Shown here: positions 28,367 through 37,836 of the stretch, one piece after another
How positions within the stretch are numbered: the stretch's first letter is position 1
Layout: the number at the start of each line of letters is the position of its first letter
Assembly (NCBI GenBank): GCA_020249285.1
Contig: JADCFX010000029.1
Location: 29,121-93,120 of the forward strand
Direction: 5' to 3'
Source of the DNA: Roseomonas sp.
GTDB taxonomy: Bacteria; Pseudomonadota; Alphaproteobacteria; Acetobacterales; Acetobacteraceae
Length of the DNA stretch: 64,000 bases
The notes under the pieces: model-generated
Told to the model about the DNA's origin: nothing
Seen by the model: the letters and a program-made list of their open reading frames with translations, nothing else
The model's database searches: none
Program-made: the position numbers and the translations under genes

Positions 28367-29347
28367 TTACCCAAGCGTAATGCTCGCATCGCGGATTACC
28401 TCAAGCGCGCCCTGTCGCTGTTCGGTCAGCCAGCGCGCAAAAACATCCGGCGCATTGCCGATCATTATCGCACCGGCGGGATCCATCCGCGCGCGCACCG
28501 CCGCCGATTTGGCCGAAACGGCGGCGACCGCGGCCATGCGATCAACCACAGCGCGCGGCGTACCAGCGCCAGCGAAAAGCCCATTCCAATCATTCATATC
28601 AAAACCAGGAAAGCCGGATTCCGCGAGGGTTGGCACATCCGGCAGGGTGGCTATGCGTTCAAGGCTCGTCACCGCCAGAATGCGTGCTCGGCCCGCCTGC
28701 ACGGGCGGGCGCACGGAAGATGAGGTGATGAGCACCGCATCAATGCTGCCCGCCAGCAGATCACGCGCCGCATCCGCGCCTCCGCGATAGGGCGCATGCA
28801 CAAGCCTGATACCAGCGCGCTTTTCAAAGGCAGCCAGCGCCAGATGCGCCATGCCGGCCGCGGGCGGCGTACCGACAGTGATGGTGGCAGGCCGCGCCTT
28901 GGCTACCGCCATGAATTCATGAATGTCCTTCGCCGGAAAATCATGCTTCACCGCAATCACTTGCGGAAAGACCGAAATCAAGGTGGTGGGCGTGAAGGCC
29001 GTGGCGTAATCAAATGGAATGTCGCGCATCAGCGCGGGATTGGTAAGCTGATTGGCCGCATCCACCAGAAACGTATAACCATCGCGCGGCGCTTGCAGCA
29101 GCGCATTCGCGGCGATGATGGCGTTGCCGCCGGTACGGTTTTCAATGATGATATTCTGGCCCAGCGCTTCCTGCATATCGGCGGCGAGCGCGCGCGCAGC
29201 GGTATCGGCAGCGCCACCGGCGGCGAAGGCCACCAGCCAACGTATGGGCCGATTGGGCCAATCACCTTGCGCCTGGGCAAGCTTGCTTACCCAAGGTGCG
29301 GCCAGCGTGGCTGCAAGTATGGCGCGGCGATTGATTGGTTTGATCAT
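28367..29347 (-). CDS. Bug/TctC substrate-binding protein
   Basis: INRRAIL leader, WPNRPIRWLVAFAAGGAAD, IIENRTGG, HAPYRGG. Confidence 0.92.
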   Translation of the reverse strand: MIKPINRRAILAATLAAPWVSKLAQAQGDWPNRPIRWLVAFAAGGAADTAARALAADMQEALGQNIIIENRTGGNAIIAANALLQAPRDGYTFLVDAANQLTNPALMRDIPFDYATAFTPTTLISVFPQVIAVKHDFPAKDIHEFMAVAKARPATITVGTPPAAGMAHLALAAFEKRAGIRLVHAPYRGGADAARDLLAGSIDAVLITSSSVRPPVQAGRARILAVTSLERIATLPDVPTLAESGFPGFDMNDWNGLFAGAGTPRAVVDRMAAVAAVSAKSAAVRARMDPAGAIMIGNAPDVFARWLTEQRQGALEVIRDASITLG

Positions 29348-29390
29348 GGTATTCCCCCGAGTTTTTTGATGCGTTTTGTCCCAGCCAGGG

Positions 29391-29990
29391 TCAGAAATTA
29401 TCCCGACCAAAGCGCCGTTCAAAGGCAGCGATGTCATCTTCATGCGTCATGGTAAAGGCCAATTCATCCAGGCCCTCCAGCAGGCTCCGCTTCGCGAAGG
29501 GGTCAATTTCAAAGCGATGCACCGTGCCATCCGGCGCTGTGACGGTTTGCTCCGGCAGGTCAATCGCGATCTCGGCTTCCGGTGCGGCGATGCTCGCAGC
29601 CATCAGCGCGCTGACCGCCTCAGCCAGCAGAATGATGGGCAGAACGCCGTTCTTCACCGCATTGATCGCGAAGATATCGCCAAAGGATGGCGCAATCACC
29701 GCCCGTGCGCCCCAGCCATGCAGCGCCCAAACCGCATTTTCGCGAGATGAGCCACAGGCGAAATTGCGCCCCCCCAGAATGATGCGCGCATCACGCCAGC
29801 CGGCCCGGTTCAGCGGAAATTCGGGAATCTCATTCCCCGCCGCATCAAAGCGCAAATCACGAAAGAAATTGATGCCATGATCATCATCCCTGGGCCGCGC
29901 CAGGAAGCGCGCAGGGATGATCTGGTCCGTATCTATATTGCTCTGCACCAACGGTACGGCGTTGGACCTGATTGAAATGAAGGGCTCCAT
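29391..29990 (-). CDS. leuD: 3-isopropylmalate dehydratase small-subunit homologue
   Basis: NIDTDQIIPARFL, NFACGSSRENAVWAL, SFGDIF..N..KNG. Confidence 0.88.
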   Translation of the reverse strand: MEPFISIRSNAVPLVQSNIDTDQIIPARFLARPRDDDHGINFFRDLRFDAAGNEIPEFPLNRAGWRDARIILGGRNFACGSSRENAVWALHGWGARAVIAPSFGDIFAINAVKNGVLPIILLAEAVSALMAASIAAPEAEIAIDLPEQTVTAPDGTVHRFEIDPFAKRSLLEGLDELAFTMTHEDDIAAFERRFGRDNF

Positions 29991-29996
29991 GATGAG

Positions 29997-31427
29997 TTAC
30001 CCAGCCCCCTTCACATGCCTGATATCAACAATATGCCCGGCCAGCGCCGCGGCGGCGGCCATCTCAGGGCTCATGAGATGCGTGCGCACGCCTGCCCCCT
30101 GGCGGCCCCGGAAATTGCGATTGGAGGTCGAGGCAATGCGCTGCCCCGGCGTGCCGATTTCGCCATTTGTACCAAGGCACATGGAACAACCGGCTTCGCG
30201 CCATTCAAAGCCCGCTGCTTTGAAAATCGCATCCAGCCCTTCGGCTTCCGCCTGGCGCTTCACCGGCGCCGATCCTGGCACCACCCAGGCGGTGACACCC
30301 GCGGCAACCTTGCCGGTTTGGGCAATGGCCGCGGCGGCGCGCAAATCCTCTATCCGGCCATTGGTGCAGGAACCAATGAAGACACGATCCATGCGCAAAG
30401 CCGCCACCGGCATGCCGGCAGAAAGACCCATATAGGCGAAGCAATCTTCCATCGCCTGGCGGCGCGCTGGGTCTTCCTCAGCCATGGGATCGGGGATCAC
30501 ACCATCAGCGGGCAGTGCTTCCTGTGGGCTATTGCCCCAAGTCACCATGGGCGCGATGGATGCGGCATCAATCACCACCTCATGATCGAATTGCGCGCCG
30601 GGATCGCTTGGCAGGGCGCGCCAGCGCGCGAGTGCCGCATCCCATTCGGCGCCCTTCGGCGCATACGGTTTGTCGGCCAGATAGGCGAAGGTCTTTTCAT
30701 CGGGCGCCACCATGCCGGCCCGCGCGCCGGCTTCGATGGACATGTTGCAGAGCGTCAGCCTGCCTTCCATCGAAAGCCCGCGTATCGCCGAACCGGCATA
30801 TTCAATCGCATATCCCGTTGCCCCCGCCGTGCCGATGGTGGCGATGATATGCAGAATGACATCCTTGGCGGTGACGCCAAAGCCAAGCGCCCCTTCAACC
30901 GAAATGCGCATCGTGCGCGGGCGTCTTTGCCACAGGCATTGCGTGGCCAGCACATGCGCCACTTCCGTCATGCCAATACCAAAGGCCAGAGCCCCCAGCG
31001 CGCCATGGGTGGAGGTATGACTATCGCCGCATACCAACAGCATGCCGGGCTGGCTCAGGCCAGCCTCCGGGCCGATGACATGCACAATGCCCTGCTGGTC
31101 ATCCTGAAGGCCGAAATGCCTGATCCCATGCTGCGCGGTATTCCGTTCCAGCGATTCGACCATGCCGCGATATTCCGCATTGGCGATGTCTTCGGCCTTG
31201 CGCGTATCGGTGGGGACATAATGATCAGGCGTTGCGAAAATCCGCTCTGGCGCACGAGGCGTGACGCCGCGCTTGCGCAGCATTTCAAAGGCCGGCGCGG
31301 TGCCGTCATGGATGAAGTGACGATCAACATAAAGCAAAACCTGACCATCTTCGCGTTCCAGAACGCGGTGGCGCATCCATATCTTATCGAACATGGTCAG
31401 GGGTTCAGGTGTGGCGTGCTGCATCAT
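29997..31427 (-). CDS. leuC: 3-isopropylmalate dehydratase large-subunit homologue
   Basis: [61 protein letters not shown]. The real start is about 31427; the ORF-track extension to 32261 is spurious. Confidence 0.9.
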   Translation of the reverse strand: MMQHATPEPLTMFDKIWMRHRVLEREDGQVLLYVDRHFIHDGTAPAFEMLRKRGVTPRAPERIFATPDHYVPTDTRKAEDIANAEYRGMVESLERNTAQHGIRHFGLQDDQQGIVHVIGPEAGLSQPGMLLVCGDSHTSTHGALGALAFGIGMTEVAHVLATQCLWQRRPRTMRISVEGALGFGVTAKDVILHIIATIGTAGATGYAIEYAGSAIRGLSMEGRLTLCNMSIEAGARAGMVAPDEKTFAYLADKPYAPKGAEWDAALARWRALPSDPGAQFDHEVVIDAASIAPMVTWGNSPQEALPADGVIPDPMAEEDPARRQAMEDCFAYMGLSAGMPVAALRMDRVFIGSCTNGRIEDLRAAAAIAQTGKVAAGVTAWVVPGSAPVKRQAEAEGLDAIFKAAGFEWREAGCSMCLGTNGEIGTPGQRIASTSNRNFRGRQGAGVRTHLMSPEMAAAAALAGHIVDIRHVKGAG

Positions 31428-31562
31428 GCGCGGGATCATTCCGGCAGAACCAGGCTTTGGCAAGCGCGGCACCTTCCCCATTTCCTCTCGCCCCGGCGGG
31501 CGGGGTGGGGTATCACCCAAGGGTGAATTGGTAAGCGCAGCAGCAGGCATCCGGGCAACACC

Positions 31563-32762
31563 ATGGTCGAGACAAAAATCGCGACAAGCATCAGCCAAGC
31601 GGCAGCGGCGGTTGAACTCACCATCCTTATGCCCTGCCTGAATGAGGCGGAAACCCTCGCGACCTGCATCCAAAAGGCGATGGGCTTTCTGGCGCGAAGC
31701 GGTGTGGCGGGCGAAGTGCTGATTGCCGATAATGGCAGCACCGATGGCAGCCAGGCCATTGCGCGCGGGCTTGGCGCGCGGGTGATTGATGTTCCCGAGA
31801 AAGGCTATGGCGCGGCGCTGATTACGGGCATTGCGGGCGCAAAGGGCCGCTATGTCATCATGGGCGATAGTGATGATTCTTATGATTTCAGCGCGCTTGA
31901 TCCCTTCATCGCGAAGCTGCGCGATGGTTATGATCTGGTGATGGGCAATCGCTTTAAAGGCGGGATTGCGCCTGGCGCCATGCCCCCCTTGCATCGCTAT
32001 TTGGGCAACCCGGTACTGTCCACCATTGGGCGGGTTTTCTTCGGCGGGCCGATCCGCGATTTCCATTGTGGGCTGCGCGGATTTTCGCGCGCGGCAATTG
32101 TGGTCCTCGATCTGCGCGCGCCGGGGATGGAATTCGCCTCGGAAATGGTGGTGAAGGCCACCATGCGCGGGCTTCGCATCACGGAAGTGCCAACCACGCT
32201 TTCCCCGGATGGCAGGTCCCGCCCGCCACATTTGCGGTCCTGGCGCGATGGCTGGCGGCATTTGCGCTTTTTGCTGATTTTCTGCCCGCGCTGGCTGTTT
32301 TTCTATCCCGGCGCATTGCTGTTTGCGCTGGGCGCCTTGGCCATGGCGGCCCTATTGCCGGGGCCGGTTTCAGTGGGCGCCGTGACGCTTGATGTGCATA
32401 GCCTGCTCTATGCGTCAGGCGCCGTGGTGATGGGCTTTCAGGCCATGCAGTTCTGGGTCTTTGCCAGGCTTTACGGCGCGGTGACGGGGCTGCTGCCGGA
32501 AGCGGAGCGGTTGAACCGCGCGCTGAGCCACTTCGGGCTGGAAGCGGCTTTGCTGCTGGCGGGAGGGATTTTTCTGCTCGGCCTCGGGCTCGGGGTTTGG
32601 TCGCTGGCGCAATGGGGGGCGCGGGATTTCGGCGCGCTCCAGGGCGCGGGGGTGATGCGGATGGCGATTGCCTCTGTCACCGCCATGCTGATCGGGCTGC
32701 AATTGGCCTTTGGTGCCTTCTTCCTGGCCCTGCTTGGCATGATGCGGCCGGCACGGCGCTGA
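31563..32762 (+). CDS. GT2 polyprenol-phosphate glycosyltransferase (DPM1/GtrB-like) with C-terminal TM segments
   Basis: [48 protein letters not shown]. Confidence 0.88.
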   Translation: MVETKIATSISQAAAAVELTILMPCLNEAETLATCIQKAMGFLARSGVAGEVLIADNGSTDGSQAIARGLGARVIDVPEKGYGAALITGIAGAKGRYVIMGDSDDSYDFSALDPFIAKLRDGYDLVMGNRFKGGIAPGAMPPLHRYLGNPVLSTIGRVFFGGPIRDFHCGLRGFSRAAIVVLDLRAPGMEFASEMVVKATMRGLRITEVPTTLSPDGRSRPPHLRSWRDGWRHLRFLLIFCPRWLFFYPGALLFALGALAMAALLPGPVSVGAVTLDVHSLLYASGAVVMGFQAMQFWVFARLYGAVTGLLPEAERLNRALSHFGLEAALLLAGGIFLLGLGLGVWSLAQWGARDFGALQGAGVMRMAIASVTAMLIGLQLAFGAFFLALLGMMRPARR

Positions 32763-32942
32763 GGCGTGATCAGCCCTTACGCTTGGGCGTGGCGGCTTGG
32801 TTGGGCCGCCGCCCCTCTCGGCAGGCATCGGAGCAATAGCGCACCTCATCCCAAACCCGCGCCCATTTCTTGCGCCAGGCAAAGGGGCGGTTGCAGGCGG
32901 CGCAAGGCTTTTGCGGCAGGAAGGGCTTGCGATGCACAGCAG

Positions 32943-33215
32943 CTATTCGCCGGTACGCGCCTCGCCCACCACCCGCCCGCGCGCGGGGTCAAAGAACAGC
33001 ACCCTTTCGCCATCGGGGCGCACCACCCAAATGGCAATTGCCTTATCGGCCCCGGCTATGCCAGCAATCCGGGTACCGGCGGGCTGGCCCAGGCTTGCCG
33101 CGTTGAAACTCATCTGCGACCCGCCGGCGCGCTGCACCAGCAGCACAACCAATGTCACGGTGCCGGCGACGATAAGCACCCCCATACCAATGACCAAAGC
33201 CTTGAGAAACTGCAC
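32943..33215 (-). CDS. Small membrane-anchored hypothetical protein divergent from rluD
   Basis: N-terminal TM segment LKALVIGMGVLIVAGTVTLVVLLV followed by a short beta-rich domain; fills the intergenic gap. Confidence 0.65.
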   Translation of the reverse strand: MQFLKALVIGMGVLIVAGTVTLVVLLVQRAGGSQMSFNAASLGQPAGTRIAGIAGADKAIAIWVVRPDGERVLFFDPARGRVVGEARTGE

Positions 33216-33229
33216 GAAAGACCCCCTTT

Positions 33230-34201
33230 TTGAACGCTGAACGCCACGAATTCCGCGCGCCCCAGGAAGCCGCCGGCCAACGCGCCGACCGCTTCCTTGC
33301 AGATGCGATAGGTTCTCTCTCTCGCTCCCGCGTCAAGGCCCTGATTGTCGAAGGCCATGCCAGCCGGGATGGCGCGCCGCTGAAAGAACCGGCCGAGGCG
33401 ATCCGCGCGGGCGCGCTTTACGCGCTGGAAATCCCCCCCGCCATCCCTGCCCTGCCTGAGGCGCAGGATATTCCACTGACGATCCTTTATGAAGACCGGG
33501 ATTTGATCGTGCTGGATAAACCCGCGGGTCTGGTCGTGCATCCGGCACCTGGCAATCAGGATGGCACGCTTGTGAATGCGTTGCTGGCCCATGCGGGTGA
33601 TGAGTTGTCCGGCATTGGCGGTGAAAAGCGGCCCGGCATTGTGCATCGGCTGGACAAGGACACTTCAGGCGTCATGGTCGCGGCCAAGACCGAATTGGCC
33701 TTGCGCCGGCTATCCGAAAGCTTCGCCGAACGCGATCTGGAACGGCATTACCTAGTTCTATGCTGGGGCCTGCCCGAGCCGCTGGAAGGCGAAATCAACG
33801 CCCCAATTGGCCGCCACCCGGCGGACCGCAAGCGGATGGCGGTGGTGGAACGCGGCAAGCCGGCCATCACGCACTATAAGGTGCTGCGGTCCTGGGGGAC
33901 GTCCTGCGCCCTGATTTCCTGCCGGCTTCAGACCGGGCGGACCCATCAAATCCGTGTGCATATGGCTCATATCGGCCATCCCTTGGTGGGGGACCCGGTC
34001 TATCTGCGCCGCACCCCCGCCGCGGCCCGCACGCTGGCCGCACCCGTGCGCGATGCCTTGCTCGCCTTCCCGCGCCAGGCTTTGCATGCTGCAAGCCTTG
34101 GCTTTCGCCACCCCATCAGCGGCCAGGCTTTGCATTTCGAACGCCCCCCGCCCGAGGATATGGCGATACTGCTTACATTACTGGATGGTAACACCGAGTA
34201 A
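33230..34201 (+). CDS. rluD: RluA/RluD 23S rRNA pseudouridine synthase
   Basis: S4-like N-terminus, DKPAGLVVHPAPG, RPGIVHRLDKDTSG, TGRTHQIRVH, RQALHA. Confidence 0.93.
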   Translation: MNAERHEFRAPQEAAGQRADRFLADAIGSLSRSRVKALIVEGHASRDGAPLKEPAEAIRAGALYALEIPPAIPALPEAQDIPLTILYEDRDLIVLDKPAGLVVHPAPGNQDGTLVNALLAHAGDELSGIGGEKRPGIVHRLDKDTSGVMVAAKTELALRRLSESFAERDLERHYLVLCWGLPEPLEGEINAPIGRHPADRKRMAVVERGKPAITHYKVLRSWGTSCALISCRLQTGRTHQIRVHMAHIGHPLVGDPVYLRRTPAAARTLAAPVRDALLAFPRQALHAASLGFRHPISGQALHFERPPPEDMAILLTLLDGNTE

Positions 34202-34225
34202 CCCGAGTATTTCAGTCGGTTTTTC

Positions 34226-34255
34226 TTGCACTCCTGCCCGATTCCGGCTAGTAAT
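34226..34255 (+). promoter_or_regulatory. Candidate sigma70-type promoter of rpoH
   Basis: TTGCAC-N17-TAGTAA(T), about 160 nt upstream of the rpoH ATG. Confidence 0.35.
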
Positions 34256-34412
34256 CGGGTGTCGGAATCCTCGAAGTGCCATTCAAGGCACGGCCGGCCA
34301 AGGCCCTCGCAAAGGGCAGGCGACCAGTCAGGGCTTTGAGGGAGATGACAAAAATGTAATGATCGGCCAAGGATGCCGCCTTTGGGGCAGAGTAAGCCGG
34401 TTCAGGAGGTAA

Positions 34413-35306
34413 ATGAAGACCATGGCATCTTCTATGGCCATTCCGATGGCGACCGAGGGCAACCTCTCTCGTTATCTCCAAGACATTCGCAAATTCCCGA
34501 TGCTCTCGGCTGAGGAAGAACTCAGCCTCGCGCGCCGTTGGCGCGATAGCGCAGATGAGCCGGCTGCGCATAAGCTTGTCACATCCCATCTGCGCTTGGT
34601 TGCCAAGATCGCCATGGGCTATCGCGGCTATGGCCTGCCGGTAGGAGAGCTGATTTCCGAAGGCAATGTCGGGATGATGCAGGCGGTCAAGCGCTTCGAC
34701 CCCGATCGCGGCTTCCGCTTGGCCACATATGCCATGTGGTGGATCCGCGCCGCCATTCAAGAATACATCCTGCATTCCTGGTCGCTCGTGAAAATGGGCA
34801 CAACCGCGGCGCAGAAGAAGCTGTTCTTCAACCTGCGCCGGCTGAAGGCGCAAATGTCCGCCCTGGAAGAAGGCGATTTGCAGCCCGAACAGGTGGCCAA
34901 GATCAGCCATGTGCTGCAAGTGCCGGAACAGGACGTGATTTCCATGAACCGGCGCCTTGCGGGCGCCGATAACAGCCTGAATGCCCCGCTGCGCGCCGAT
35001 GGCGAAGGCGAATGGCAGGATTGGCTGGTTGATGAAAGCGAGAACCAGGAACAGGAACTCGCCGAACATCAGGACATGTCAAACCGCCGCGAATTGCTGA
35101 GCGGCGCGCTAAAGACGCTGAATGAGCGTGAACGCCATATCCTGATCGAACGCCGCCTGAAGGAAGAACCGACCACGCTGGAAGAACTTTCGCAGCACTA
35201 CAACATCAGCCGCGAACGCGTACGGCAGATCGAGGTGCGCGCCTTTGAAAAGCTACAAAAATCCATGAAGCAGCAGATCATGGAAAAGCGCCTGACGATT
35301 GGCTGA
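34413..35306 (+). CDS. rpoH: RNA polymerase sigma factor sigma32
   Basis: LVTSHLRLVAKIA.GYRGYG, DPDRGFRLATYAMWWI, RpoH box AQKKLFFNLRR, SRERVRQIE; strong AGGAGG RBS. Confidence 0.97.
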   Translation: MKTMASSMAIPMATEGNLSRYLQDIRKFPMLSAEEELSLARRWRDSADEPAAHKLVTSHLRLVAKIAMGYRGYGLPVGELISEGNVGMMQAVKRFDPDRGFRLATYAMWWIRAAIQEYILHSWSLVKMGTTAAQKKLFFNLRRLKAQMSALEEGDLQPEQVAKISHVLQVPEQDVISMNRRLAGADNSLNAPLRADGEGEWQDWLVDESENQEQELAEHQDMSNRRELLSGALKTLNERERHILIERRLKEEPTTLEELSQHYNISRERVRQIEVRAFEKLQKSMKQQIMEKRLTIG

Positions 35307-35322
35307 ATAAGCCTTGCGCAAT

Positions 35323-35358
35323 AAAAAAGGCGGTGGAAATTCCACCGCCTTTCTTTTT
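35323..35358. terminator. Bidirectional intrinsic terminator between rpoH and the convergent SBP gene
   Basis: AAAAAAGGCGGTGGA-aat-TCCACCGCCTTTCTTTTT. Confidence 0.9.
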
Positions 35359-35370
35359 GGGCTGAGGGTT

Positions 35371-36405
35371 TCAGCGCATCGGGGGCGCGTATTGCAGACC
35401 GCCCTTGGTCCAGAGATTGTTGATGCTACGCGGGAAGCCGATCGGGGTCATATTGCGTTCCCAGATTTCCCCGTAATTCCCAACAGCGCGGATGATGCGC
35501 GGCGCCCAATCACGCTCAAGGCCGAGCATTTGGCCAAGATCACCCGTCTGGCCCATGAAGCGCTGGATATCGGGGTTCGTGCTATTCGCGAAAGTACCGA
35601 CATTGGCTTGCGTAATGCCAAGTTCTTCCGCCGTGATCAGGGCGAAATGCACCCAACGCACCACATCAAAATAGCGCCAGTCACCCTTGCGGACCACGGG
35701 GCCAAGCGGTTCCTTGGAAATGATTTCCGGCAGCAGCAGGAAGCGGTTGGCATTGGCGCCCTGGGCTGCCGCGAAGGAAGCCAGCGACGACGCATCGGTT
35801 GTATAGGCATCGCAGCGCTTATTGATGAAGGCAGTGCGGATTTCCTCGATATTCTCGATCACCACCGGCGTGAAACGCAGCCGATTGGTGCGGAAGAAAT
35901 CAGTCATGTTCAGTTCGGTGGTGGTGCCAGGCTGCACGCATACCGTCGCGCCATCAAGCTGCTTGGCCGAAGTCACACCACTGTCCCGATGCACCATGAA
36001 GCCCTGACCGTCATAGACATTGATGCCCGCAAAAACCAGGCCGAGCGAGGCTTCGCGCGTCAGGGTCCAGGTCGTGGTGCGGGACAGCAGATCAATCTCG
36101 CCCGATTGCAGCATGGTGAAGCGCTGCTGCGTCGAAGAAGGCACAATGCGAAGCCGGTTGGGGTCGCCCAGGATCGCTGTGGCAACGGCGCGGCAATAAT
36201 CCACATCAAGCCCGCGCCACACGCCCTGACTATCCGGCAGGGAGAAGCCCACCGTTGAGGGCGAGGTAGAGCAGATCAACTGCCCACGGGCACGAATGGC
36301 CGCCATGGTATCAGCCGCCGGCGCCTGCGCCATGGCAGGCGCGGTGGTGGCGGCCAAAAGCCCCGCCAGTGCCGCGCCCTTCAAGGCGTTTCCGAGTTTC
36401 ATCAT
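35371..36405 (-). CDS. aapJ: General L-amino-acid ABC substrate-binding protein (AapJ/BztA-like)
   Basis: GLDVDYCRAVA, RF..LQSGEIDLLSRTTTWTL.RE, YDGQGFMV, ISKEPLGP.VR, LWTKGGLQYAPP.R. Confidence 0.88.
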   Translation of the reverse strand: MMKLGNALKGAALAGLLAATTAPAMAQAPAADTMAAIRARGQLICSTSPSTVGFSLPDSQGVWRGLDVDYCRAVATAILGDPNRLRIVPSSTQQRFTMLQSGEIDLLSRTTTWTLTREASLGLVFAGINVYDGQGFMVHRDSGVTSAKQLDGATVCVQPGTTTELNMTDFFRTNRLRFTPVVIENIEEIRTAFINKRCDAYTTDASSLASFAAAQGANANRFLLLPEIISKEPLGPVVRKGDWRYFDVVRWVHFALITAEELGITQANVGTFANSTNPDIQRFMGQTGDLGQMLGLERDWAPRIIRAVGNYGEIWERNMTPIGFPRSINNLWTKGGLQYAPPMR

Positions 36406-36516
36406 TGATTTCTGTCTCCCATTGGTTCCGAAAGCCGGATTGCACCAGCTAGGCATCTATAACATGCCCCTCCCCGGCCCCAAGCCCCATTCGCACCGGC
36501 ACCGGTCGAAAGGGGT

Positions 36517-37797
36517 TCAGGCGCGCGGATCGAGACCGCACCAATTCGCGATGAAGGTCGCCATCGTGAGCGTGCATTTACGCAAATCCTCGATTGAGGT
36601 GCGTTCATCAAAGGCATGCGCCCCCTCTCCCTTCGGGCCGTAGCAAAGCCCGGGGATATCGAAATAAAGCCCGTAATAGCGCGTGTCATTCACCGCCGTG
36701 GTGCGGCGTTCCGGCAGGATGCCGCCATGGACCGAGGCATGGGCGGCGGCGAGCACGGCCTCGGCCTCACTGCCCGGTTCCAGCACGTAAGGATCGGTCT
36801 GAAAGCCGGTCCAGATGATTTCGGGCGGGTTATTGGCGAGGAAGCCATCGCCCTTGGCCGCCGCGCGCACGGTGGCTTCGATGCCGGCCATGGCTTCTTC
36901 AGGCGTGGTGCCGGGCACCAGGCCGATACGGCAATCCACCTCACACCAGGCGGGGGTGGAAGATGCCCAATCCCCACCGCGAATGATGCCGGGGTTGAAT
37001 TTGATGGGGTCCTTGATGTCAGCATACCAGGCGCTGGCGCGCGCGGCTTCGTTCAATTTGCGCGTATGTGCGTAGAGCGCCTGGATCAGCACATAGGCCG
37101 ACATGATGGCATTGCTGCCATCCTGCGCGACGGCGACATGCACCGGAATGCCGCGCACGCGCAGCCGAAACCAGATGGTGCCGGTTTGGCTGCGCGTGAT
37201 GGTATGGCCGGTGGGTTCCGGCACCAGCGCGGCATCAGCGCGATAGCCGCGCAGCAGCGTGGAAAGTGCGCCATTGCCGGTGCTTTCTTCCTCGGTCACG
37301 GTTTCCACATAGACATCGGCGGCGGGTGCAAACCCGGCGTCGCGAATGGCATCCATGGCATAGACCATGCACGCCACGCCCGATTTCATGTCATGCGCGC
37401 CGCGGCCATACATCCAGCCATCACGGATTACGGCGGCATAGGGCGGGTGGGTCCACATATCGGCGGGGCCTTCGGGCACCACATCAATATGGCCTTGCAG
37501 GATCAGGCTGCGCCCGGTGGGGTTTTTCGCGCGATGCGTGGCCACCACCTGCACGCTGCCGGCGGGATCACATTCCACCATCGGCGCCATTTTGGGATGC
37601 GGCGGCACATCGGCCAAGGTGTAGCGGTCCACCGCATAGCCACGCGCCGCCATTTGGCGGGCGAACCAATCCTGCAAGGGCGCTTCGCGTCCCCTCAGGC
37701 TTGGGAAGCGCACCAATTCCGCCAGGAATTGCACCTGCTTGTCGAAATTCGTGTCTATGGCGGCGGCAATGCGCGCCATGGCTTCCTTATCGGCCAT
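36517..37797 (-). CDS. ArgE/DapE (M20) family deacylase
   Basis: LILQGHIDVVP, GRGAHDMKSG, VTEEESTGNG, PEPT, AHAFDE. Confidence 0.9.
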   Translation of the reverse strand: MADKEAMARIAAAIDTNFDKQVQFLAELVRFPSLRGREAPLQDWFARQMAARGYAVDRYTLADVPPHPKMAPMVECDPAGSVQVVATHRAKNPTGRSLILQGHIDVVPEGPADMWTHPPYAAVIRDGWMYGRGAHDMKSGVACMVYAMDAIRDAGFAPAADVYVETVTEEESTGNGALSTLLRGYRADAALVPEPTGHTITRSQTGTIWFRLRVRGIPVHVAVAQDGSNAIMSAYVLIQALYAHTRKLNEAARASAWYADIKDPIKFNPGIIRGGDWASSTPAWCEVDCRIGLVPGTTPEEAMAGIEATVRAAAKGDGFLANNPPEIIWTGFQTDPYVLEPGSEAEAVLAAAHASVHGGILPERRTTAVNDTRYYGLYFDIPGLCYGPKGEGAHAFDERTSIEDLRKCTLTMATFIANWCGLDPRA

Positions 37798-37836
37798 GCT
37801 GATCATTCTTTCCTGTTCAAAGGTCTTATGCTGCGT

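Noticed and set aside
30015-31526. 503-aa plus-strand ORF
   Set aside because: Antisense shadow of leuC; long stop-free antisense frames are expected in high-GC coding DNA; no motifs.
31428-32261. 754-aa ORF suggesting a leuC N-terminal fusion
   Set aside because: The extension is antisense to the well-formed GT2 gene (31563-32762) and has no motif; LeuC homology starts at about 31427.
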